From NCBI RefSeq assembly GCF_009914755.1, contig NC_060925.1: 64,000 bases of DNA; one strand, given 5' to 3'. The translations under genes were made by a program, and so were the position numbers. This DNA comes from the human T2T-CHM13v2.0 reference genome, Homo sapiens. The notes under the pieces were generated by a model, which ran no database searches, had not been told where the DNA came from, and saw only the letters and a list, made by a program, of their open reading frames with translations. Shown piece by piece: positions 13,300 through 25,928 of the stretch; within the stretch, counting starts at the first letter, position 1; every line of letters begins with the position of its first letter.

Positions 13300-14610
13300 A
13301 TAGGATGCAAATTCCTAATCAGTAGGTCATTGCTATCCCCAAAATGGCAAGTGGTGATCAATTTTGAACATCTGATCATTTGATGTTCATCTGATCATTT
13401 GAACATTTGAACATTCCTACTTCACCAAGGAATCTCTAGTTGGTGAAGTAGAGATTTTTTTTGGTGACATAAAAGTTACTTTTTTTTTCTTCAGGGACTG
13501 CCATAAATTTACATGCCATAGCTTTTAGTAATTTTAGATTTTTTAAAATCTGGTGTTTACTTCTTTTTCCTTTCCAGATACTTGAAGCGTATGTGTTTGA
13601 GTAGGGGCAGAGTGGTTGGTTCTGAGATACTGGTCTTCTACTGCTAGGGATCCACAACTCTGCGCTTGGAGGGTAGAAGGATCTGACCACCAGTTGTTAT
13701 GGGGGAGCTGCATGATATAATTTTGGTTTAGTCTGGTTCTTATTACCATTGCTAGTTGTGGCTTAAGAGACAGTCTTCACTTTGATGGTATGCATAATTT
13801 ACTTGGTGATCACAGTATTTCATTTCCATCTTGGTCTCTTCTATTCTTCAAAGATGAATATCCATATCTCCATTCAACCCATTCTCTTCATTGTACATAT
13901 CTTCACATGACCTAGGCAGACCTGCAACTTCTTTCCATTTCTCCGACTTATCTTTGCGTATAGAATAGCTCAAGTCTTTGAGTTTCACCCTATCATTTTA
14001 TTACTAGGGACACTGTATAATAATCTTTTCTGTCCCTGCTGTTGAAGAATACTCCAGTAAGCACATTGCCTGGAGGAAACTCCGTACAAAAGCAGGTGCT
14101 AGTCTCTAGGTTCACATTTGCCTCGAAATCAGGGGATATATGGCAAACTCTCATAAAAAATGCTCATTATAATCTGGTATTCTTATATCCCGGGGACACA
14201 TGAAAATTCTACAGTCATTCTAGCAATGTGAGATCAGGATGATAATTTTACTCTTACTATTTTGATTCCATGCTCTGCAAACTTTTTTGAGTGTTCCTCC
14301 ACATCTTGTCTTCAGGGGATAGGGAAACACCATCATTTTTTCTTATTGGTAGAGAAAAGAAAAACTTCTAATAGAGAACATTGTCCTCCCCTAAAGGCCA
14401 AGCATGCCTAACTCTGAGCCATCATCCGCTGAGCTCCCTTCTCCAGTCCTCTCACGGGGCTATAGCTGGTGTTTCTCTTTAATTGTATGACCCATGGGAA
14501 GAGCAGGCCTAAACTGTTGGTGGTTCTTTTTTAAATGTTTGGTGTTCAATATCTCTTTGACTTTATCTTTGAACTAGCTACTATTCTTGGGCAACAGGAA
14601 AAATGTCATC
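13300..14610 (-). pseudogene. Decayed TOPORS/TOPORSL-like gene copy (probable processed pseudogene)
   Basis: Manual translation gives collinear motifs resembling recalled TOPORS: DYNEHFL*EF, EWRYGYSSLKNRRDQDGNE, KITKSYGM*IY, *SPLAIL/GDSND. Many stops and frameshifts; ends approximate. Confidence 0.7.
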
Positions 14611-16470
14611 TAACATTGTGTTATATAGCTGAATAATAATAGTAATATGCAAGCATTAGCACAGAAGAACAAAGATAACTGGAGATAAATAATTCACTTT
14701 GATTCAATAATTATCTAAGAATTTCTTAGTATTTAAAAAAGGTATTATAAAAGATGAGAAATATTTAATTGTAGAGTAAAACTGAGGGGCCTAGCTCATT
14801 TTTTAAGTAGACTGACCCCCTGGTTAACCTGGAAATGATTATCATACAGAGACTGTATGGGAGATAAATTGGCTCACTAGCTCCAGACTAGAACAATGTG
14901 ACAGTGTTCATTTAGACTTCTAGAAAAGTTTTCAGGACTCATTTTTAAATAATTTCATCTAAATTCTCTCTATCTTACCATAAAATAATCCAAATTAGCC
15001 TTACACAAGCAACTGTTAAAAACTATTTCAAAGAATACTTCCCCTTTCTTATTTTAGAGAAGTATGCTCCTGTTTTTGTTGTTTTAATATAATTTCTATC
15101 ATGCTACTTTTTATCTAAACAATAAGAGTCATTGCTCCACGGACCTTTCACTTGTACAAAACAATGGCAAAGATGGATTTTCCTATGGTGAGAAAATCAG
15201 TAAAATTAGGATACGCCATCACATGAAATACTCACATCAGGGCAATCCATAAAAATATGTGAGTGGGACACCATTTTATATTCTTATGTGGGTTGGAAAT
15301 TTTGGAGTCATAATAAATTAACTCAACTTGTTTTAGCTTAAATCTTGCTCTTGGTTTTTCTTTTATAAAATATTGTTTGATTTATTGTGAGAATTATAAA
15401 TGAGTTTTTGTGATGAGTAGAAAGTATACTTTATGAATGCCCTTGATTTCACCCACACCATTGCAAAATAAAGCTTGATGAAAATTCTCTGCTTTGCATT
15501 TCAGGTCCTTCTCCATTTAGCAGTACCCTCACAACCATAAAAAACTCAAAGGAAAGAGGAAGACAGAAAAAGAAATTCAAAAAGATGGCTAGCTTACGGT
15601 CAACACATATGGAACAAAGTTGTCCAAAATATTGCCATAACTTCTCTACTGACAATTCATTCCACTCTAGAGTTTTGTCAGCCCTCCCAGATTCACTGAC
15701 AGACTATTATATTCAGAAAGACTGTTGAAAACTTTCAGGACTTAGAAATGCTCTTCAGACATACAAAAATGTCTTTATTTAGAATGGAACATATAATGCC
15801 TGCCAAATTTGTAGGTTTGAAACCACTTCCAATAAGAATTAAAAGGCCCTCTTCCTTGCTGAAATAGGACTATCTCAATATATGACTTGTCTGTTCATGA
15901 GAAATAGTGGGTTCTTGTCTCTGCTGTTGCAATTTAGTTTAAAATCACTTTATGATGACAGGGTACATAAAGATGATAAAACTATAAAGATGACAGTCTA
16001 ATCTTCAAAGATGACCGATCATCGATAAAAGATTAAATAACGTAAACATCTAAAATGCCAAATTATCAGCTGGTTGGCACACTCTCTGTGTTGAAGCATG
16101 CCGAGGTATTACTGATAAGCAAAAAATGCTTTTTCCTCTATGTTATGCAGACATCTATACTCCATCAAGAGGGGCAAATGAATTGTAATAGCTTTGAATT
16201 TAAAAGCTATACATGATTTTTTTTATATTTAAAAAGTATTATTATATTTTACATTTAAAAAGTATATATTAAAAAATGTATAAAAGCTATACATGATTTA
16301 AAAGATATACATGTATTTTTTAATTATAGTATATGTAAAATGCTGATAAGTGATATACTGTAAAATATTCAAATTCTTCTTTTTTAGAATAACACCTTAT
16401 TGCTGGAAATTTTAAGCACCCTATGATCATCACTTTTTTGAATTGTAATAACAATTTTATATATACATAC

Positions 16471-16537
16471 AAGAATGATTAGGCATGCTGGTCCTATAAA
16501 ACTCCAAATAAAGTTGTTTTCGGTGCTAAGCCAACAT
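16471..16537 (-). CDS. ADGRL4: ADGRL4 exon 12 (ECL2-TM5; not in ORF track)
   Basis: tttcag|A TGT TGG CTT ... ATT CTT|gtatgt; 67 nt; (V)[22 protein letters not shown]. Confidence 0.96.
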
Positions 16538-16665
16538 CTGAAAAGTAAATAAAAGATAGAATCTATAAATATGTTTGCATGTATGTTAACATAGCAAAAT
16601 TATCAAAGATATGCAAAGCACATTCAAAATCGTATTTCAAATGCTCATGAAATCATTTTAACTTA

Positions 16666-16887
<222 letters not shown>

Positions 16888-18049
16888 CTAGAAATCAAAG
16901 AAAAAAAAAAAAACATTGTCAGTGTTTGTTTTAAAATTATCATAACATACAATCTCTACTTTCGCTGTAAATCACAACTTTCTTTATACTATAAAGTATG
17001 CCACTTTATATAATGATTAGTCATATTAAAATACCATGTCAGTTCTTAAAGATTTAGAAAAACAACTGCGTTTCATCAGCGTGAAATATTAACCAATCTT
17101 GTGATAGAACTGTTACTGTTTTTGTCCAGAGGTTTGTAACTTTTATATATTTATCTTATGTGATAAATTGTGGATTATTCTCATGTAAACCATGGTATCT
17201 TGGTGAATATGTTAGGATTTAAGTTGATTTCTGTTTTGGAGATGCCTCTCTTTTCCTTTATTTTATTCATGCTCAAAGAATGAAAATGACTCATAATACT
17301 CTGCTAGACAAAAGAAAATAAATATCTTAGATGACAAAAATAAAATTTACAAAGTAGATTAATAATATATTTCATCAAAATATCCATTATAGAATTACTT
17401 TCAACTGTTAAGATTATCATGTAAATTTGAGATGGCTTTCACTTAAACATACTTTTCAGTGTTTATTTCTCATCTTGAGCTAAAGTTAGACCTATAAGAA
17501 ATAACAGAAGAAGAAGTAGTTACACTTTCCATACTAGTAAAGCTAAAGGTATGTATCATGGGAGAGATAACATAATACATACTTATGTACCTATCCCATT
17601 AAAAAAACAGAATATAATTCAAGATTAATGAGATGACATAGTAAAATATGTTAGAGAGTACTCTATAAGGCTGGGGAACAGAAAGATCATTGGCAATTAA
17701 AATTTGGAAATCACTTTAGCAAGGAAGTGAGATTTGAGATATGACTGGAAAAATGGGACAAATTTAATAGGTGAAAAGTAGTTGAAAGTAAACACTACAC
17801 TGAGTAATTTTGGGGTGAAGATAATGGTGGAAGGTAATTGAAATAGGAACTAGGCATTGGAGGATAGTGGGAGATACATAAAATTGAAAAGTGTTACGAA
17901 TACCACTGCAAAACATAAAAATAGATAAGGAGTTCACAGTCTAGTGTATACTATTTAAAATAAACACTTCTTGCCATCTACTTCAGAAGAAAACCTTGCT
18001 AACTGATTGTTAGTTTCAGTCTTTGAAAGATTTCTAAGAATGGAAATAT

Positions 18050-18536
18050 GGAGGCAATTTCACTTTTTGTGGTCATGAGAATACACTTCTCCAATCTCCA
18101 ACTGCAAGGAGTGCAACTGACCTAAGGCTTCAGCCGCAGCTGTAGGAAATCCACTGCTGTTCCCACTTCCCATAGGCTGCTGCCAGCCCATCACTGAGTA
18201 CAGTAGGGTTACTGCTGTGAGAGAAAAAGGATTCCTCTTACAAAGGATTCCTGCTCCTGAGAGACAAAATGATTCCCCTGACAGGTAACGTTGGCTCAAG
18301 GACTTCCGAGAGGACTCCTTGACACCTGTGCTGACTTTTCCTTAGAACTGCATTACTGTGTGGAATGCTTTTGCCCACTCTTCTTTTCTTCCCTCAGGAT
18401 CATACCTGAATCTTGGTCTGATAGCTCTCCAAGCCTCTCTCTTCCCATTTGCTCTCCCCAGCAATTCTCTTAATAAATCTATTGCATACTTAACCCCATC
18501 TTAACACCTGCTTCTAGGAGGACCCAGACCAATACA
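18050..18536 (+). mobile_element. ERVL-type solo LTR (LTR33-like)
   Basis: taataaatctattgcatacttaaccccatcttaacacctgcttctaggaggacccagaccaataca terminus; 5' boundary approximate. Confidence 0.6.
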
Positions 18537-18968
18537 ATATGAAACCTTTTGGGAAGGTTCAAATGGTTCAAAATCAATAATCTTGGGAAATGGGAAGTTA
18601 GAAAAGATACTAGGTAAAACCAATTTATCACATTCCAACCTACAAACTGTGACTGCATTTATGTTCAGTCCCTATTCTAAGATAAAGTTTATTTCTAATT
18701 GTTTCTCTCCTTGGCCTTTGTTTAACGTCCATTTAAAAACAAAACAGAACAACAAAAAAGTATTTATTCAGTTTGTTGCAAAGTTTTAACTTGTCCCAAT
18801 AATTCATCATAATGAGGGCCATTTTTGCTGAATGGACTTGATAAGTAGTTTGCTTAGCTGTGTTAGCATTATCAAACTTAGAAAGGATAGCTGAAGAACA
18901 AATTATAGAGAACGTCTGCCCCATTAAACCCTAAATTACAAATAATGTTTCTAGGACATATACATTTA

Positions 18969-19223
<255 letters not shown>

Positions 19224-20449
19224 CTAAGGGAAAATAATAATAAAGCAGTTAAAAGAATAACTCACTAAGTTGTCAAAGGAACTACAACATGTAATGAACT
19301 TCCTTTTTTGGTGAAACATTAATCAAAATGTTCATAAAATGTAAAAATATAAATGTGCATTTAGATGAGAAAAATTTTGTACTTTTGAAAATCCTCAATA
19401 TCCACATAAATCTGATGTAAATCATGTAGCACTTTAACAGTTCTGTAATTGGTGGTTTTTTTTCTAGGCATAGTATTAGTATTAGTACATGGTTTAACAA
19501 TGTTATCGTCATTAATTTCACTACATTAGAAAGGCAATCGATTATTATAATGTGAACATGGTTAATTAAAACAGATTTATCAGTGGTAAGACTAAGTCTT
19601 ATGTCTATGCAGTGATTCATCTAAAACATGTGAAACAAAGGTGTTAGCAATGCAGAATATAAGGATTATCAAGTAATATTGTTCAGAAACTTTGAAATAG
19701 AAAATGCTGGTTTTATCCTAACTAGATGAATACTTATGTTTATATACGGAATAGATGTTTATTTGCTTAAGTTCAGGAAAAAATCATTGTTAGGACTGAC
19801 ATTATGTTCAGGTAGATTTATTTGGTTACTTTATATATTTAATGATAGATTATAAATAAATATATTAAAATGGAGATGATAGCACAGAGCTATAAAATAA
19901 GAAATTATGTGATAAATATACAATGTAAGTAAGATATTACAAAAGTAAGATAAATGTCATGAAACTATTCACCTTAGAGAGATTCTTCATGTTTAAAAAT
20001 CTTGTGGCGTTCTACATTGCTAAAAACATGATGTTAGTTATAAGTGTGCTAATACTTATTGCCCAACTGTCAAATATTTTCAGGAGCTTTGTCATGAGTA
20101 AAAATAAACTGTCATCACAAAAAAGTGCCTTTAAATTCCGTGATACATTAAAATGGGCAAATGACTCTTGAAAGCAGCATTACAAGCTAATTTAATATGT
20201 AATCTACCAGATATTACAGACTAGATAAGTCTTAGACTAGAAATAATCTTAAATGCATACTAGATATGTTTCAGAAGGTAGGTAGGAAAACAGACAGAAA
20301 GAAAGATCCTGTTGGGGTTTTATCTCTTATACTAAATGTGCTATCTAAACCCAAGAAAAATATATAAAAAATTAAATATTGTCTCGAATGATGCGGAAAA
20401 AAAACAGAAAAAGCAACATTTATAAATATGAAGGGGAAAATTATCTTAC

Positions 20450-20623
20450 AATGGAAGGACCAGAGGACATCAAAATTGCAAAATGTGTCAGGTGATTACA
20501 GCGGCATGAGGTGTGGGTCTCATTTGAGTATGTCAGCTCACAGCCCTCTGAAGACCAGCTGCCATTCATGGTATCAGGTGAGTAATTCCAAAATGCACAT
20601 AGACTCCTATACCTATCTGTGAC
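20450..20623 (-). CDS. ADGRL4: ADGRL4 exon 9, GPS motif and tethered-agonist (Stachel) region
   Basis: tttcag|GTC ACA GAT ... TCC ATT|gtaaga; 174 nt; CAFWNY...WSSEGC...[15 protein letters not shown] with the canonical H-L/T site. Confidence 0.97.
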
Positions 20624-20899
20624 CTGAAAAAAAGATACTTTACTGATGAAAAAAGAGAAAAAGTTACATACATAGTATTGTTTTGTCATATTTAAAATAC
20701 CACTAATGTGATTGAAACAATGCCTTAACAGTGAAACACAAAACAAATTATAACAAAGGCTGCTATGTGGCAGAATGGAAATTTATATTGCAACAATGCT
20801 GTATTTTATCAATTTTGTCTCACAAACATGTGGTAATTTTCATTACAGTAAATTACTCATGTCATTTACCACAGTGCATAATTATCATATGTATCTTTA

Positions 20900-21330
20900 T
20901 TCAATACAAGTTTGTTGAGTATTTTCTAGATGTTTATCATTAATCCAGGTACTAAAAATACAACAGTGAACAAAACAGAAAAAGTTGTTTGCATTGTTGA
21001 CATTAAATTCTAGTTAGAGATGAAAAATTATTCAATGAGAAAAGTAACCCTGGGTAAGAAGAAAGAAAGTGATATGGAGGGTTGTCCAAGGGACGTCTCC
21101 TAGATTATGTCTAAGCAGGCACTTCGATGACGTGAAGGGGGGTGTCCAACAGACTTGGGAACAGAGGGTTCCAAACAGTTGGAAATGCAAATGGACAAGC
21201 TCTGAAGTGAGGCTGACCAGAGGCATTCCAGAAACTTGTAGAAGCCAGTTAAGTTAGAGCACAGTGAGTGAGGTAATGAATAGTGAAGACAAGATCAGAT
21301 ACAGACATGGGACAGATGACACACAGACTG
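20900..21330 (-). mobile_element. L2 fragment
   Basis: tattcaatacaagtttgttgagt...aaaatacaacagtgaacaaaacag. Confidence 0.65.
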
Positions 21331-22379
21331 TGTGATAGTTATTCAATAAACAGTGGAATTCTCCTTATCATACTTTTATATTAACTAATCATAACACTAT
21401 ACCTAATGTATGGTTTAATAATAATTTATCAATAAAATGTTGAACTTGTAGAAATAAAAACTATTTAGTTATATAACAATTTACACTTAACTAGGTGCTT
21501 GCTTTCTTATTTTGTTTGGTTTGACCCTCATAAACCTTCTCTGAGATAAATGCTATATTATGTTAAGAGGCCAAGATATGTGATTTTAAGGTGTACTTAA
21601 GACTAAACACTGATAGATGGAGTAATATAGAATCAAACTCAAATTTTCAGACAAATATTTATTAAAGAAAACATGTCCTGAGTGACAAATGTATAATATA
21701 TACTGTTCAAGGAGTAAGGATTATCAGTCAAAAAGATAAAGTATCAGCTCTTCAAGGATGATAGAAACTCAGATGATTTAAATACAATAAGATAATTGTT
21801 TTAATGGGATAGATGCTAAATACAACCCTTAGGTCAACAGTTGGAGCACTGAAAAAAACTGTGAGTTTGTCTGGAATGAGTCTGGAAAGATAATTGAGTT
21901 AAAATTGGAGAGATTGCTAGAAGTTTGTCAAGGAGGTCAAGCTATATGAAGAAAACTGAAATTCTTTTAGTTCCTAAAAGAGCCTGGGAAGGGCCTAATT
22001 CTAGAGAAAGTAGAGGGACTCAAGAATTGAGGAGCCAGACTGAACTGTGATTGTGCGTACCATTCAAAAACAGAGTTAAGTGAGGGTCTGTTTACACACT
22101 GGTCTCCCATCATGCCCTACCACATTTTCTTAATTTTCCTAATCCTTTCACCAGACTTCTGTCTGGGGTAGATAGGAAAGGAAAAACATTTCTTCCTAAG
22201 AAACGGATTGGCCCAAAATAAACTGCTTTTGGGTACTGACATTCGGGATCTTCCAATGCCATGGCCAGGAGCCTGCCTGATGAAAACTCTAGTGAAGCAC
22301 ACCACTGCCACAAGGTCAGGAGAGCACACCGTGTCTCATTATTAAATGTGAATGGGTGGTCATGAACCCCCAGACATCT

Positions 22380-23780
22380 GAGGACAAGCTCCAACAGCAA
22401 AGACAGGGAACCAAGATGAACAATCCAAAGAAAGAAAGTCAAGAGCAAGATGATGCAGGAAGCAGAAAATAGCTTTTTTAAAAAAATATATAAATAATAT
22501 CTCAGAGAGATGAGATACTGTACCCATTAAACAAAATCAGGATTGAAAAAATAAAGTTTCTCAGTGAAAATAAAGTATAAAGTGAAAATAAAGTATAAAG
22601 TAAAAATAAAAAATATTAGGAGAAAAATTAAAAATAGGAATGAAAAAGTTTAAAAACTCCAAATATTAGAAGCTCTGCTGGGAAGTCTCATAAATACTAA
22701 GAGGAACAGAAAAAGAGAGCAGAGATACTGTACAGGGAGAGATTACCAAGAAATCATTGTAGAAAATTCCCTAAAACTGAAGACCATACATTTTCAGACT
22801 GAAAAGACTCACAAAATGTTTACTGCAATTAATGAAGGAAGATTCACACCAAAGTACATCTTAAAGATTTTGGAATACTGAGAATAAAGATCCCAAAACT
22901 TTACAAGAGAGATAAAGAGAAAGAGACTGATTGCATTCAAAAGACAATAAATTTTAATTAAAATATTAATTGCATTCAACTTCTCCAGGTTACCCTTGAA
23001 AGCTGAAAGACATATGAACGAGATCTAGAAAGAGCTGAGAAAAAAATATAACTCTGTACCATGGTATTTATCTAACTAATATAAGGGTAAGGTAGAAAAA
23101 TATATTTGTGTGTGTCTGCGTGTATATGTATATTTATATAAAATCTGATAATGCAAGAGCTTAAAAAATTGACCTTCTCTGCTTCCTCTTTCAAATGGCC
23201 ACTGGAGAATATGCCACCAAAATACATATATAAACTAAGAAAGAGGAAGACATTGCTGGAGGAAACATGGCATCTGACACAGGAGAGGAGAGAGGTGAAT
23301 GCTGAATGTTATGTGAAAATGATGGGGGAAGGGAAGGCATGCCTGGGCTGATAAATGACCCAGGGGTAGATCATCTAGACAGCATCAAGGCTACAGAGCC
23401 TTGGAAAGGATGTCTCCAAGACAACAAACTGGCTGATAGATAAGCTTACATGTTTGAACGTTTTGAAAAGAGATTTATAATTCTGTCAAAGATTTTGGAG
23501 ACAAATTAACAATGGATAAATAGAAATTTAAGCAAGTGAAAATAAAGGAATTTATTAACACCAGGGAAATGATTGAGCTCCATGATTCAGTTGTGAATAA
23601 CACACCAATTTATAGTATTATAAACACTGAAAACTGATTTAACCAAAAATTGGAGGTAAGCATGAGCGGATGGATAGTTGAGGGAGTGTGTGTATCACAG
23701 CAGAAGATGTGTGTAAGAAAACTAAATCTGAGTCTTCCATAGATGGAAGTCAGCAGATTACATCTACTTTTTAGAAGCTT
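22380..23780 (+). mobile_element. HAL1 / ancient L1 ORF1-like fragment
   Basis: ttcagactgaaaagactcac...cacaccaaagtacatc...aagaaagaggaagacat...gacacaggagaggagag resembles recalled HAL1. Confidence 0.6.
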
Positions 23781-23999
23781 AAGATAAAAGGAGTTATTAA
23801 TTTTTGGTTTTTTGGTTGAAGATGATACAGTACCAAAGGGGAATGGTTTTATTTTTTTATAAGGTAGAGACTTGAGTCTTTTTATTAGCTGAGACACTGA
23901 CACCAATGTGGAGAGATCCAGGAAAGATGAGATGGTGGATGGAGCATAATTTCTTGGGAAGTAGATTGGGATGGATGTAGTGGGCCAAACTGGCCAGGA

Positions 24000-24260
24000 G
24001 TATCATAGCTTCTGAGGGCATGGACTCTGGAGGAAGGCTGCAGGGGCTTGAAACCTTTTCCTACCAGTTAATTGTTGAGTGACCATGAGCAAATTATTTA
24101 ATCTCACAGGCTCAGTTTCCTCATCTATAAAATGGTAATAATAGTATGTACCTCATATGGCTTTTCTAAGCATTAAATGCGCTCATTTTTTTAAGTAAAA
24201 AAACTTAGAATACTGCCTGGTTTCTAACATAAGCACTATGTAATTATTGATTGCTATGAG
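24000..24260 (+). mobile_element. MIR SINE
   Basis: gctcagtttcctcatctataaaatggtaataatagtatgtacctcata core. Confidence 0.8.
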
Positions 24261-25722
24261 AATGGTTAATACTACTATAATTACTGTTACTATTCTTCTG
24301 AGGTACTGTAGAATTATGTATTAGTCAAATCGCAGATAAATTATCAGGGAATCAGGACACTGAAGATATTACTTATGAGATAGTTTTTATTTTCTCAGGG
24401 GAAAAAATGGGAGCGAAATTTCATTCTAAGAGCAAGGGAACCAGAGACTAAGCAGGTATATTGTCAGAGGAGAGTGGTGAAATTTCATAACAGTCATTAC
24501 TTATTGAATGGAAAATATATTTGAGCAGAAAGGCAGATAAAAGCAACTAAGTTTTCCCAGGAATTACCGTGAAGAGTTTTTGTTTAAATACGCGTTTTGT
24601 TTTGTGTTTTTATCAAACAAGGATTGGTGAAGTGGGTTGTTCTTGGCAACTCTTTAGCTGCCAAACCATTCCACTGATGAAAAACGGAAAAAACATCAGA
24701 CCATGTAAAAGAACAGTGTTTGGTTTCTAGTATTAAAAACGTCTTTTGCATTTAGCATCTAAAAAAGAAGTCTAAGTTTGGTTTCCAGTCTTAAGCAATT
24801 TCACACCTTCTTTTTCCCTCAACATAGTGCTTACCATTATTTAAGTTTGAGCTATTATTTACCTGCACTTTTTATACATTTAGTTTCTCTCTACCTTCAA
24901 TGTTTTTACTTAACAGTGGCATGTTTGTATTGTGTGTGAGCAAATATACTCTTTTTGTTTAGAAAGCCCCTTTTCCTCCCATAATAATGCAAATATAATT
25001 GCTCAACTTCAAGGTACTTCAAATGGAACTTCGAAAGTACTCGAATCATGTACTAGAACTGAAATTCTGTTGAAAGTTTAAGATAACATCAACTGTGAAA
25101 TGGTAGCAAATAACCTGTGATTTTGAGTTGCCCCCATTCATTTTTAACTAAAATAGCTAAATAGTTGGTTAGTTCTAATCATGCTTTTTTATTGTATAGC
25201 TTTAATTATGTATGAGTCTGAAAAATGATTTAGAATAAAAAATAAAAGAGTAAAATGGTCTCCACCAATTTCTTTATGAAACATTGCAAATGTTGCTATA
25301 ATTTTCTTTTAATCAACACCAGAATCCCTTCAAATATTATTTAAAGTGACAAGTATTAATGAAACACCTCACTTATTACACAAGTGACATTTATTTCTCT
25401 GATTGTGATACTTTTTAATAACTCATTCTTCGAAACCGTGGATATTTCCAAAATAAACAGTGTACTTATAAATAAAACTAAAATATTGCTTAATTCCAGA
25501 GAATCAAATTAATAAATTCCTTGGTATTAATTAGAATGTTTAAAGAGCTGTGAAACTACAAAAATATTTTATACAAAAACTAGTTAAAACTACTTCATTC
25601 TTTTAATTTCAAATCTGTATTTTTAAACTCAAGAACTCAGATAATTTAAGTGACACAACAAAGAGTCCAGTTCTCTGACTGTATCACAATCATAGCCAAT
25701 AACTACCAGAAAAACAGCTTAC

Positions 25723-25928
25723 CTTTCGATGACTTAATGTAAATGTTATTTTTTCAAGTTCATATAATGTGGGTGGGTTTGAGCTCATTGAGACTGAAAT
25801 TACTGAAGATATGACTCTTTCCTCCTCTTCAGAATTATCATAATTTTGAGGTTTCAATAAGAAGTTGTCAGATGATGAAAGCAAAGGACCAATACTCTTA
25901 TAATATAAAAATGCAACTGCAACATTGC
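25723..25928 (-). CDS. ADGRL4: ADGRL4 exon 8 (GAIN region)
   Basis: tgatag|GC AAT GTT ... CGA AAG|gtaagc; 206 nt; (G)NVAVAFLYYKSIGPLL...KITFTLSHRK. Confidence 0.96.

Noticed and set aside
13436-13749. ORFs 13436-13690 and 13543-13749 as functional small proteins
   Set aside because: Better explained as residual frames of the decayed TOPORS-like copy; the homologous motifs switch frames.
22563-22610. 18-bp tandem duplication (agtgaaaataaagtataa), and the 60061 repeat, as CRISPR-like arrays
   Set aside because: No unique spacers and a eukaryotic context; simple slippage repeats.
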